A stretch of DNA of 58,034 bases, the filler included, from Bipalium vagum (lineage: Eukaryota), in the NCBI GenBank assembly GCA_037834085.1. It is 3 parts of 3 records of this genome, joined end to end, with 100 filler letters (N's around TTAATTAATTAA, not from the genome) between each part and the next. Parts side by side here need not be neighbours in the genome. Positions count along the whole stretch, not along the records: positions 1 to 17,837 come from JBBMKC010044846.1; positions 17,938 to 34,630 come from JBBMKC010098065.1; 1 more part is not named here. One strand, written 5' to 3'. The translations under genes were made by a program, and so were the position numbers. The notes under the pieces were generated by a model, which worked only from the letters and a program-made list of their open reading frames with translations, had not been told where the DNA came from and did no database searches. Positions 12,301 through 22,949 of the stretch are shown one piece after another (the first letter of the stretch is position 1; each line of letters starts with the position of its first letter).

Positions 12301-14902
12301 TTGGACAAATTAAATTTCAGAAAAATAAAAGATGACAAATGTCAAAGATAAAGTCTTGTATGTGGGCCTTCCTATTTAGGAATAACTGAGAATATTAGAC
12401 TTAAAACCTGAATCATTGACCAAAATGATTGTTAGAATATTCAGTTATTGTGCAATAATGACGAAAAAGAGTTCCAGACCACACAAAATAAGTAATTAAT
12501 ACAGACGTATCTATGATTTAATTGGACAAATTAAATTTCAGAAAAATAAAAGATGACAAATGTCAAAGATAAAGTCTTGTATGTGGGCCTTCCTATTTAG
12601 GAATAACTGAGAATATTAGACTTAAAACCTGAATCATTGACCAAAATGATTGTTAGAATATTCAGTTATTGTGCAATAATGACGAAAAAGAGTTCCAGAC
12701 CACACAAAATAAGTAATTAATACAGATTTTTATGTCAATTATTAATCAAAATGAAAATTAATACCCTTAATAATCAATAATTAAGAAAATTTCCTAAAAA
12801 AATTTCTATATTTCCTTTCTCTTGCAAGAAACAATTCTTTCATTTCAAAACTAATTCATATTATTTTCTCCATGTAAGATTTTCTCCAAAGTATAAAATA
12901 ACACACCCACCCTTTTCATTAGCTATATATATTACAACCATCTATTCGATTATTTCAATGCTCATTCTCTTAGATAATTATATTTATACTGTTTATCGAA
13001 ACCAATAAAAGCACCTTTCAATCAAAATGGTATTTTTCGTTTAATAAATTGATTAATAATTTTTCTTAATTAATGTGACTCAGTAAATTGTTAAATTTAC
13101 TTTCTCTTAATAGATCATCAGGATCTAAATATATTATATTATTATTTTCACGAAAAATAGATTCCATTTTTCAATAATAAGACTTATTACCATTAATTCG
13201 AACATTTAATAATGACAAAGAAACAAGAGAGATTTCATTTGTTTATTTAAAATGTCCTGTGCTGATAAATTGTTTACCGGTTAAAGTACTTATTACAAAA
13301 TTATCTGTTACATTTTGAATTATTGATAAGAATAAGAATTATTTGGAACTAATAGACAATTCGATTATCAAATTTTATTTTATTTGTAATTTAATAAAAA
13401 TCAATAGAAATTAATTTTTCAATAAATATAATAATAAACAATGATAAAATAAATATTTTTTTAAATAAATGACTCAAATTTTAAAATAATTAATTCAAAA
13501 CTTTTATTTTAATTGAAAATTCAAACTTTGAGTGGTGTATGTTAAAGTAATCATTTTAAAGAATAAAGAAAAATGTCAAGACACATCGATATATCTATAT
13601 ATAATGAATGGTTTGTTTTTATTTTTAAACTTTTTACACATTTTCTTTATTAATTGGTCAATTGAAGGCCTTCACAAATTCTTGGAATAAGAAATTTGGC
13701 AGAATATATTGATATGTCAAAAAAACAAAAAATAATAAAATCAGTTAGAAATGATACTTTTTAAAAAATCGGTTTTAACGTATAGTTGATAATAATTTAT
13801 TTATTTATTAATTAATTTCTCAATTCGAAATATAAACTATGCAACACACTTGAACTTCAAAACCTGAGTCTCACAAATGAACTCGAACAATCAAGAAACC
13901 ATGTAATCAGAGTCATGGTATTTCAATATCAGTCATCAATCGATTTTATTTATTCAATAAATTTAAAAATACTATTAATCACTTACCAGCATAACATTGG
14001 GGATTTAGATGACGGCATCTTAAAATACCATCTCCTTTTTAGATCAGCGGTATAATATGCCTGGTGGTTTTTGCCATTTATGTGACTTTGGACATCAAAT
14101 TCACCGCTAACTTCGTTAATGCAAAAAAAACAGAAATAGTGTTTTTTTTTCTCATCCTCTTGAATGATCTCGTTTTCCTCTACAGATTCTGGGACATAAG
14201 TAATCTGGTCACAATGGGAAAAGAAAATCAGATCTCTCAATTTAGTAGGTTTATTACTGTGTTAGGATTTTGCGTGGTAGAACTAATGGAAACTGTGTGA
14301 TTTCGTACAAATTTCGGTACAACCGGTTGATGGTATATATATGGCTCAAAATATTTCTGGAAAATCGCCGATATTTTATAAACTGAAAAATTACAATGGA
14401 AATATTTTCTGGATACTAAACGATCAATTTTTATAAATATCTGTTGCTAAAAGACGTCTTAAATTATATAACATTGATAAATTTTCTTAAGATCAATAAA
14501 ACTCAGAAAAAATCTGAGAAATAAATATTTCTTGTAAAAATGAAGGTGAATCTCATTTGAAGATCAAAATAAAAATCGTTAAATATAAAAAATACTAATA
14601 ATAAATAGAAACGATTTTATTATATCATTTTAAATAAAATTACTTTTGATTTCCCTCATTTTATTCCAAATAACAAATTCTAATTCACTGTGTGTAAATG
14701 TGCACCACAACAAATGTGAAAATCTTTCACCGGGGTTTATTTCCCTATCACATTTCGCTACTTTATTTGAAGGCTCTTTCTTACCATTTTGAAAATCTCT
14801 AATAACTTCAGTATTAACTTCTGCGTTAACATATATAGGTTCTGAATTTCGACAGTTTTCATCTTCACATTTTTTACGATTACCAGATAACTTTAAAGTC
14901 AT
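3311..14902 (-). CDS. HELZ: HELZ-like helicase with zinc fingers, N-terminal part (3'-partial; helicase domain expected beyond the left edge of the window)
   Basis: Phase-compatible GT-AG exons: 14902-14644, 14382-14258, 14204-13987, 11292-11172, 9559-9359, about 9037-8790 (acceptor could also give 9031 or 9016), and 3413-3311 (donor could also be 3307). About 425 codons with no stop. Motifs in order: CTFTHSELEFVIW (CCCH-like), CFFC-x12-HINGKNH (matrin/U1-type C2H2), RWYFKMP, CKCNNPHSDDEYQEMIAR, LSIFLRDDESRPFFKL, FGLEFNPIYCNTFCQKMEFEL, KTIRVDVG, KIIVPF. These match in order the human HELZ N-terminus as remembered ([65 protein letters not shown]). Confidence 0.7.
3596..4020 (+). mobile_element. 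Non-autonomous deletion derivative of a DD41D/DD37D-type ITm transposon
   Basis: TIRs TA-CATGGTGTTTCAAAAATCAC and GTGACTTTTGAAACACCTTA-TA. The internal peptide WIGRVGPQLWVVRGPALTPLDFHAWRFTKSKV resembles WPPRSPDLTPLDFFLWG. Confidence 0.75.
4247..4547. mobile_element. Mariner-type MITE with a nested pogo/Tigger-like end
   Basis: TIRs TTGGGTTGTTCAGAAAGTCACTTCG and CGAAATCACTTTCCAAACAATCCCAA, each flanked by TA. The internal AGAGGTGTCGTTATAAAGAGGTTTAACTG-TA (ends 4513) looks like a pogo-type terminus. Confidence 0.65.
5790..6180 (-). mobile_element. Mariner transposase fragment
   Basis: Minus strand reads a degenerate W-K-I-M-I-H-P...S-D-S-H-L segment (WEVLPHPPYSPDLAPSDYHL-like). Boundaries approximate. 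Confidence 0.45.
6260..6700 (+). mobile_element. Mariner transposase fragment
   Basis: Reads VTVWWSAISLIHYRFLNPGETI and LVNRKGSILLFNNVRP, typical mariner catalytic-domain sequence; frameshifted. Confidence 0.7.
6700..7305 (+). mobile_element. Tc1 (DD34E) 3' half with an IR/DR-type right end
   Basis: Peptides DRDPKHT and QSPDMNPIENLCAYLKKKL. Direct repeats GTACGAATA(A/G)TTCTTG at 7091-7106 and 7279-7294. Confidence 0.7.
7488..8557 (-). mobile_element. Decayed mariner element with both TIRs
   Basis: TA-TTAAGTACCTTAATTAATTTTCGCAGT at the left and ACTGTGGAAATTAATTAAAACACTTAA-TA at the right. Peptides TGDKK*IY and MVCIWWDQGFIYY (ORF 7721-7912). Confidence 0.8.
9919..9993. mobile_element. 75-bp palindromic mariner MITE (MADE1-like architecture)
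   Basis: Perfect 23-bp inverted repeat including the flanking TA: TATTAGGTTGTCCAGTATGAAAT (9917-9939) and ATTTCATACTGGACAACCTAATA (9973-9995), with a 33-nt spacer. Confidence 0.85.
10050..10560 (-). mobile_element. hAT-like transposase C-terminal remnant
   Basis: SPIEYSYLKKCPPSSIAVKPSFSILGNLLTN*RNF resembles the hAT dimerisation motif (P-x-S-x-x-x-E-R-S-F-S); contains stops. Confidence 0.55.
11400..12200 (-). mobile_element. Decayed Tc1-like element
   Basis: ORFs 11624-11956 (RQTVNRRF...WFAVYFSDES) and 11436-11627 (RRSGERYNDKCV...NSDRYTEML) are frameshifted Tc1 transposase segments. Confidence 0.75.
12281..12726. repeat. Exact 221-bp tandem duplication
   Basis: 12281-12501 is repeated at 12502-12722, and CAGA recurs at 12281, 12502 and 12723. 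Confidence 0.9.
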
Positions 14903-16699
14903 ATAATGACTCTGAAAATTGTAACTAATATTATCAAAAACTAAAATTTAATATAAACTTTCTTATAACAGCCTAAACAAAGCTCTTTAATAAAACCAGG
15001 AAATTTTTCAACCATAGTTTAAAACTGAAAGATTTTTCATCCTTAAAATATAATTTTTATAAAAGTTCACAAAGAAATCAGTTATCTAAGTTATCTAAAC
15101 AAAAAACCTGAATATTTAATTTTAATATAAAATAAAAATCTAATTAAAAAATCTAAAAAATTATTATTTTAAATACGTTTCAAGTTTCATATCATGAAAG
15201 AAGTCTACTTTGAATATAAGTGTATTTAATAAATCAACTTTTTCATAAAAATATAAAATAAATTACCTGATAATTTACTAATTATTTTCTAAAATGGTTA
15301 TTAATGTTATTAATTGTGTTCATATACTCAGAATGACACACGCAAAATTATAAACATAAAATCAATCAGAGATAGGTTCGGAGACTGGATTATTTTTCTG
15401 TGATCTGATACCCATGTTCGTATAAAATCACATGGACAATAAAAATAACAATGAAATGTAACTTGCATTGATATTTATCCTTTCTATATGTATATCTACA
15501 ACACAGAATATTGCAAACGACGAGAATCTGTTCAATATCAAACTGCAAGCGAAGCCAATCTCTTAGAAAATCTTCATTGAATGGTTAAGTGACTTATCGA
15601 TTGTCGCGAATGAATTTCCTTGGACATTTTTTTTCACATGAGGACCAACTAATAACATGATATAGGAGTGACATAGAAAGTATTTTTATCGCATGAGATT
15701 TAATTGCATTGAATGAATTTATGAGAGTGTTACTATTATACTTAGACGTAGTAACGTGTGCTCGTGTTCTTATAACTCCTCACTTTTATAAAATATTGTG
15801 TCCGTCCCTCTCAACTTATCTGAATCAACACACCCACAGTAATACTGTATCTGCACCCTAAGAACTGAATCAAACGTCCACAATTAAACTTTATTAATAA
15901 AAACACAATCCCAAATACACACAGCTGGACAAAAAATGAGGCTTACACAAAATGAAAATTTTTAATAAAAATGTTTAAATTGCTTAACATGTATTATATT
16001 TTTAATATTTAAGCTTTGGCACGATATGTAAGTAATTTGGTGTTTTTTTGGTTAACATAAAATATATGCAATTTCAGAAGGATTTAGTGCGCGTACGTTC
16101 AAAGTTAAAGTTTGAATTACAAAAAACATGTTGATTACTAAACTTGAAACTTTTAAAACGATAAACGATAATTTTTTTAAACGATAAACTTTTAATCGAT
16201 AAACTTTTAAACGATCAACTGAGGCTAACAAGTTGTTTTATAAAATATATTTTTATATAAATCTAACAACTTTATTTTTTTATACAATTTTACTTTTAAG
16301 TTAAAACCCGAGATAAGGAGTTAATAGAAGAGTTAGATCACCCTTCGGTATCTTACTCTCAAGGGCCCTCGGATAAAAATTTGGTTCTCCATCCTACTAG
16401 ACGTGAAGAACACAAAAAAGAAAATACTAGGAAATAAATAAAAAGATAACAATTATTTGATCCTAAGGTATTGGAGTAGCTGTGCAATCCTTAGTATTTA
16501 ATTAATTTAATTAATAACTTATAATTCGTAATCGAATTATAGTTTTTAATTTTTATTATTATGTTTTATTTAAGTATCGGTTCACCTGCGAGCAGTGTGA
16601 AGCCAAAAAATTTTTTATATTTATTTATTTAATAATAAAAGTGTATATAGACTTTTAATCAAATCTAATAAACTTAACAAATAATAATAATTTACTAAT

Positions 16700-17837
16700 T
16701 ATCGAAAAATTCTCCTGAAAGCTGGTCACCGAGTCGAATGATTTAATAGTTCGTTATTTGTTCTGGATTAGCGTCTGCTGCTTTCCTCTGGCTATCTGCG
16801 TTTTCGGGTTGTTTTGCGTCTATTGCGCCCTTCTGATTAATTCGAATATTGATAATTGGTTCTAGTCCGCTTGCTCTTCCTGACTGAGTTATCCTTTAGA
16901 ACTCTTGTTCGCTTTTATTTTGTTTCTTTTTGTGTCTTTTTAGTGTGTTTTAATACTGAAACACTTCAGTATTTATATTATTTTATTTTTCTATTTTTTT
17001 AATTATAGTAACTTTATGTTACTATTTTTAGATTTCATGTTTAAATTTTTCACTATAAATTTATTTATAGTAACATTGATTAAAGTTTACTGAAAAAATT
17101 ATTTATACTAACTTTATGTTACTAAATAAATTTTTCCAACTATTTTATTAATTAATCATCAAAATCATCAAATTTTTAATTAATTATAATTATAATAATA
17201 AATTTTTATATTTTATATATTATTTTATTATTTTTACTATAATTTTACATTTTATTTTATATTTTATATTAAACAGACCAGAAAGGGAATTATTAAAATC
17301 AAACTCCGGGTTTTAATTTTTACAAATAAATAAAATTACACAAATTATATATTGTTTTTTATACATTAAATGAAGTACTAAATAATCACTAAAATGTTTA
17401 AAATCAATAATGTTATTGTTTTGAGGGTTTTGATTGCTTCGGCTGAATTGAAGTTTTTGAAGGGTTTGGTTGAATTGGTTGATCAGAAGGTGGGAGTCTC
17501 CACAGATTTATAGTAATAAAATAATTTACTAAGTGATAGTGAAGCTGGATCCTGAAGCTAATGGTCCGTTATTCGTTCTCGATCTGATCCTTTCTTCTGG
17601 TTATTTGTATCTGAAACTTCCTTCGGGATTATTTGTAGGCGTCTGTTACTTCCAAATTCTGATTGTTAGCTTGGGTCTGCTTTACTCCTTTGTAATTCGT
17701 CGGGTATTGCTTTGTCCTTGATCGGATTTATTTTGTATCCTTCTTGTGACTATTTTGTGTTTTAATACTGAAACACTTCAGTATTTATATTATTTTATTT
17801 TTCTGTATTTTTAATTATAGTAACTTTATGTTACTAT
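16700..17837 (+). repeat. Two tandem diverged copies (offset 812 bp) of an LTR-like repeat with a near-identical 82-bp hairpin block
   Basis: 16944-17025 and 17756-17837 differ at 2 of 82 positions, while the upstream bodies are homologous but clearly diverged. The first copy ends in GGTGGGAGTCTCCACA (17504). The second is cut by the gap. Left boundary approximate. Confidence 0.65.
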
Positions 17838-17937
17838 NNNNNNNNNNNNNNNNNNNNNNNNNNNNNNNNNNNNNNNNNNNNTTAATTAATTAANNNNNNN
17901 NNNNNNNNNNNNNNNNNNNNNNNNNNNNNNNNNNNNN
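17838..17937. other. Assembly gap with artificial six-frame stop linker
   Basis: 44 N + TTAATTAATTAA + 44 N = 100 nt; an identical construct occurs at 34631-34730. Confidence 0.95.
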
Positions 17938-17939
17938 AA

Positions 17940-18359
17940 CCTTAATTTATTTTCGAACGTTACACTCTGTAAAACCTTCTGAATCCCATACGAGCTTAGT
18001 TAAGTTTTGCAATTATCTCTTTCGTTATTAAATCCTAAAGTCAAAACTTAACAAATGTATCTTTCAATTCAAATATTGAAAACATTATGGCTGGAAGACA
18101 AAGTCAAAAGTCTGATTGAATAAATATTGGTAAATTAAATTAAATGTTTTTATGTATAACTACAGATAAACATTACAATATTGTAATAATATAAATAAAC
18201 TGTATTCACATGATTTTGTTTTATATTGTAATTTTACCATTAATTTTAAGATGATGATATAAAAAAAATCCATGTTTTTAAAGAATTCACACTCCAAAAA
18301 GCAACCCATTTTTGCGGCCCTGTTAAATATTTAATAAATCAAAAGGTTGGGCATCCCTG
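17940..18359 (+). mobile_element. hAT (Charlie/SPIN-like) 3' end
   Basis: C-terminal peptide SNIENIMAGRQSQKSD* followed by the terminus TGCGGCCC...GGTTGGGCATCCCTG (reverse complement CAGGGATGCCCAACC, a typical hAT TIR). Confidence 0.6.
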
Positions 18360-18389
18360 ATTTAAGATATAATAATAACATCACTATGT

Positions 18390-18900
18390 TTAAATAGTTA
18401 GGTGACTGACAAAATAAAACAATATTTATTTAATCACCAAAAATTATTTTGTCTCCTTCAAAGTCCTCTCATCCCATCGCTATACACATTTGTAAATGTT
18501 TAATCCAATTCAGAAAGCACTTCAAAATCAATTTTCGGAATGTTCATAAATTTGTCTTTCGATTTTTGTTTCAACAGAATCAAATCTGGTTCCTCGAAGT
18601 GGTTTCTTTAATAGATTGAACATGAAAAAATTGCAAGTTGACATATCTGGAAAATATGGTGCATGCAAAATAACATGGTTCATCTGAAGTTCACCTTTAA
18701 TTGGACTGTTGTTTTGTCAGCATATCAAACTGGTAAACCCATGTTTCATCACCAGTAATAATACGCTTGATGAATGTTCGACTATTTTCTGTTTACTCCA
18801 ACATCTCCTTAGCAACATCAATACGGTGTTTTTTGAAAAAATTCCAATGATTTTGGTACCAGCTTAGCTGACAAATGTTTAACGCACCCAACTTAATACC
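18390..18900 (-). mobile_element. Decayed mariner fragment
   Basis: Minus-strand peptides IITGDETWVYQFD, PYFPDMSTCNFF and KCFLNWIKHLQMCIAMG*EDFEGD. Confidence 0.75.
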
Positions 18901-18979
18901 GATACTTAGATTAAAACGGTATTTCTCAAAAATAGAACTGGTTCTTATGCTAATTGTTTTTTTTTAATAATTATTCCAT

Positions 18980-19140
18980 TCCATTCCTAAGCTATTCTTA
19001 TGTTTCGTATATGGTTTGATTATCATTGGCTTAGAACAAGATTTGCATGGAAAACATTGTTTAAAAACACCTTTCGAGAAAAGGTAATTAACAATTTCTG
19101 CTGTTGTACCATTACAGATTGGTTCTATAATTTTAATGTA
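18980..19140 (-). mobile_element. Possible Merlin transposase N-terminal fragment
   Basis: Minus strand reads IIEPICNGTTAEIVNYLFSKGVFKQCFPCKSCSKPMIIKPY, resembling the CxxC...M zinc-ribbon start of Merlin/ISXO2-like transposases. Short, so tentative. Confidence 0.4.
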
Positions 19141-19520
19141 ATAATGATTATAATGATATCAACTACCGTACATGATGGCCCACCATCTAGTACCTGTATT
19201 GCTATAGAAACCATTCCAATGCCTCCAGCTGCCCCATTAACTGCAAATAAAGGGACTCAAAAATCAAAATACAAGAGTCCACTTTTGCGGACAAAAGTTT
19301 CATTACAGAGGGAGAAATGTGGAGACTTCATAAATCCCATAAATGACAATATTTTATTGTGCATAAACAAATTTTTATTTATTTCCGAAAACGACCATAT
19401 TTTATGTGTTTATGAATAAGAATGGTTTACTTATTTATTTGCCTTGATTTTTTTATGGTAATAGAATTCTTCTCCAAATTTATAAAAAATAAATAATAAT
19501 TATTATTGTTATTATTAGTT

Positions 19521-19566
19521 GTGGAATGTAGTTCAGTGGTACTAGTTCGAATCCCGGTTTCTCCGA
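19521..19566 (+). pseudogene. tRNA-derived fragment (tRNA pseudogene or SINE head) lacking the anticodon arm
   Basis: GTGGAATGTAGTTCAGTGGTACTAGTTCGAATCCCGGTTTCTCCG has an A-box (TAGTTCAGTGG) and a B-box (GTTCGAATCC) only 5 nt apart, so it cannot fold as a full tRNA. Confidence 0.5.
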
Positions 19567-21717
19567 TTAACTTTCAACTAGCAATATTTATAACTTTATT
19601 TTATATAATTTAACCTAACTTTTTACTTATATTATTTATGTAAAAAGTATAATTAATTTTCATTATAAAAATAACATTAAAATGAGAACATAAATAAAAG
19701 AAAGTAGACATGATAGTTTTTTATATTATAAGATAAAATATTAAATCAAATTAATTATCAATTTTTCTAATCGTCTTTAATAGCTGACCAATGGATGGTT
19801 ACTTCGGAGAAGCTATCATCAATTTCCGCACACAAATATACATATATAAAAATAAAAAAAATTAGGAGTGAAATGGATTGAATTATATTCTTCTAGACTA
19901 TGAAAGATTTAAAATCTTTGTTAATAATTCAATTAAATTAAAAGATATTTTAGTTTAAAAACATAACAAGAATAATTATTTTTAATTAATAAAAGATTAC
20001 TAAAATCCAAATCAGCCTAAAAAATTTAATATAGAAAAGAGAATAATATTTATATCATAAAATCAATAATTTTATTTGCTATATAGTATTTATTACATTT
20101 AGATAGATAAGGAATAATATATAAGTTTAGTCACGCAATGTGTACGATAGTAAATAAGGATTAAAAATAAATGGTCAAAGGACAGACCTAAGTAAGTTGG
20201 AGACTGGAGGAGGCTGTGGAAACATATGTTTGAGGTATATCTGATAGGACTGAGGTATTGCTGTTGTCAAGAATTCAGTGGCCAATTTGTGAATCTCTCA
20301 TTCTCTTAGTCCTATTTTTAAAAAACCATATCGTTTTCGGGATCCCATGATCCGGGGCATCCAAGCGATGCGATGAGTTGTTTTTCTTTGAGGTTTTGGT
20401 GGGTAGCTTGATGGTAACCACGGAATTCCAACAATAATAATAATAATAGGTCTGTATTTCCTGGACAAAAATATTTGAGTGAGTGAACAACAGTGAACGA
20501 ATGAAAACATATTTTAGAGGCCCGGGATATATTTGACTACTAACTACTCATCCCTTTTCCTTTCTTTTTGAAATCCACACATCTAAAGAGCTAAGGATAT
20601 ATATTCTAAAAAACTTTAAAATAGCGAGTAATATGGAACTGTAAAGATTACAAGATTACAAAATTGTTAATTTCACTGTTTACAAATTGATTATTTTTTT
20701 GATTGAATATTAAACTTAACTTGAAAGATTTTACGTGAATCTTCGCACTCAAAATAATCATTTTCTTTAAAAACAAGGTTGTTCACCGAAGAAGGTTTGG
20801 TCCTAAACAGGCTTTTCCAACCTTGGGTTCACGATACCCATCCCAACAGCTAACTGGGAATACTGAAGTCAACTACCACCAAAAGTTGGTTATCGGGATC
20901 GTGGCTCTACATGAAATAAATTAAGCAGAGAATCAATGAGATGACCACATGAATATCATGTTGACAAACGGTGACCATAGGAGAGCGAAGTGTCAGGTTC
21001 AATAATGACACAATCCGGCATTATTGGCAAAGAGAGAAAGAGAGATTTACAATTGGGAAAAGAATTTGAGAAATTGAAATTAGTTTGTTCGGTTCGTGTT
21101 TCGGAATTCGCTTCCATCTTCGTTAATGTGTATTCTTTATTGTAATGTTTTTCCATGTTATGATTTTATAGTTTGAGGATTCACGAAGTAGATTTGATTT
21201 GATTTTAATTTATCTTATTTTACTTTTATTTTATTTAATAATTTTTAATAAAATTAAAATGTTATAATTATTAGTTTTGCTAATACAAAATTACACTTTT
21301 GAGATTTACATAAAATTACATTCAGATTATAGGTTTTCAATCATTATATATATTTCCATCCTTTATTCTCAATGGACCCAGTCGAACGTTTTCGAGCTAA
21401 GCTCAAATTAAAACTCCAGGTGCTCTATTAAGTAATGGAAATTTGGAGAAGAGGAAGAAAATCCCTAATTGAGATTGAAATTTGTCTCTCAGATCTTTTG
21501 ATGCAACAGTGACTGCTAGTAGCAGAAGTAATTAGTGAATCACAGGAGCTCTGCAAACTTTTATTTAAGGAAGTGGTAGAGTTGCCTGAACCAGAAGAAA
21601 AAGCACATAAGAACTCTAAACTATACCATAGCAAAAAAATTTACTAATAATGAGAAACTATTTAAGAATTGAGAACTGAGAATTAAATAGTTTAGAAACT
21701 AAATCATCAGTAATAAT

Positions 21718-22500
21718 TGTGGAGACTTCCACCAAAATCCTAATCCAAAATAAATTCAACAAAAGACAATTTGAAAACCGATTTCTCGTGATTCGATCCA
21801 AAACATTATATTATTGATTTGATCTGATATTATTGTGCTTGTTGTAAAAAAGGATGTATTCTTTTATCTATGTTGGTGAATTTTATACTTCTTTTTTTCA
21901 TGTAAAATCGTCATTGATGGATTTAAATATTTCAAAAGTTTAAAAAATATGTTTTTAAAATTAATTAATGTGTAAATAAATAAATTAATAAAGTTTTAAA
22001 TAAAATAAACTTGTATAAAGATAATAGGAAAGTTAAGGTTACTAAAATTAAATAAAATTTATTAGTTAAGGGCAAAGTAAATTACTAAAAATAAAGAAAG
22101 AGTGCAAAAATTAAAAAAATATAAAGATATAAATAATATATAAATAGTAAATAAAAATAAATTTTATAGTAGGGGCAATAGCTATAAAACTCCCTACAAA
22201 TTAAATATGGACACAAAAAAAAACGTTATCATAAAAGGACACCCATTTACCAGACGCCAGGGAATATAAAAAAGACCCCTAATTATCGGATGACAAATAC
22301 CAAGTTAAAGGCAACGCCCATTTACTCGAAGTCAGCTAATATTAAAGGAAACTATTCGCCGTTTTTTAAAAGAGGAAACATCCGAAAAGTAACACCAGAT
22401 TTTACTATCGACACCCATCAGCAATTAGCACTATAAAAGATAACAAGTGAAACTCAAGCTCAGACGCAAAGTTAAACTCAAATTTGTTTATGCCCAAAAG
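21718..22500 (-). mobile_element. Putative LTR-like repeat related to 16700-17504, in the opposite orientation
   Basis: Terminus TGTGGAGACTTCCACC (21718-21733) is 15/16 identical to the reverse complement of 17489-17504. Shared downstream patches (AATTCAAC, AAAACA...ATTATTGATTT). Far boundary approximate. Confidence 0.5.
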
Positions 22501-22949
22501 TAAATTTTGAATTTATTTATAAATAATTTTTAAATAACCAGATAAAACAAAGTTTCGATTCTTTTACATAATAAAAGTTTTGATTTTATATATTATTTTA
22601 ATCATAATTAAACAAGGACTTGTTTTGAAAATAAAACAAAGCCTCAACTTATTTATTACACAATAAATATCCATTAAAAAATTTTCAGATAAAACTTGTT
22701 TTGTAGTCATAACAAAGTTTATCTTTCGCCTATTAAGTAAATACTCAAGCCAATAACTACTTGAGGATTAAATGAATTTTTGCATTCCCATTTCTTTTTT
22801 TTGTTTTTAACTCACACGCTAAGTAGGGCGGTGAATTAAATTGAGCCTAAGAGCGAGAGGATTTTTCTAATTAAACCCAAAAAATAAATAGCCTCTAAAT
22901 AATATCCATCAAAGATAATTATCATCAACCTTTTGTAGAAATAAGAAAT

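Noticed and set aside
17882-17893. Palindrome TTAATTAATTAA repeated at 34675-34686
   Set aside because: Each is centred in exactly 44+44 Ns and has stops in all six frames, so it is an artificial scaffolding linker.
19000-19419. 139-aa plus-strand ORF as a gene
   Set aside because: No recognisable domain, and its first third is antisense to a probable transposase fragment.
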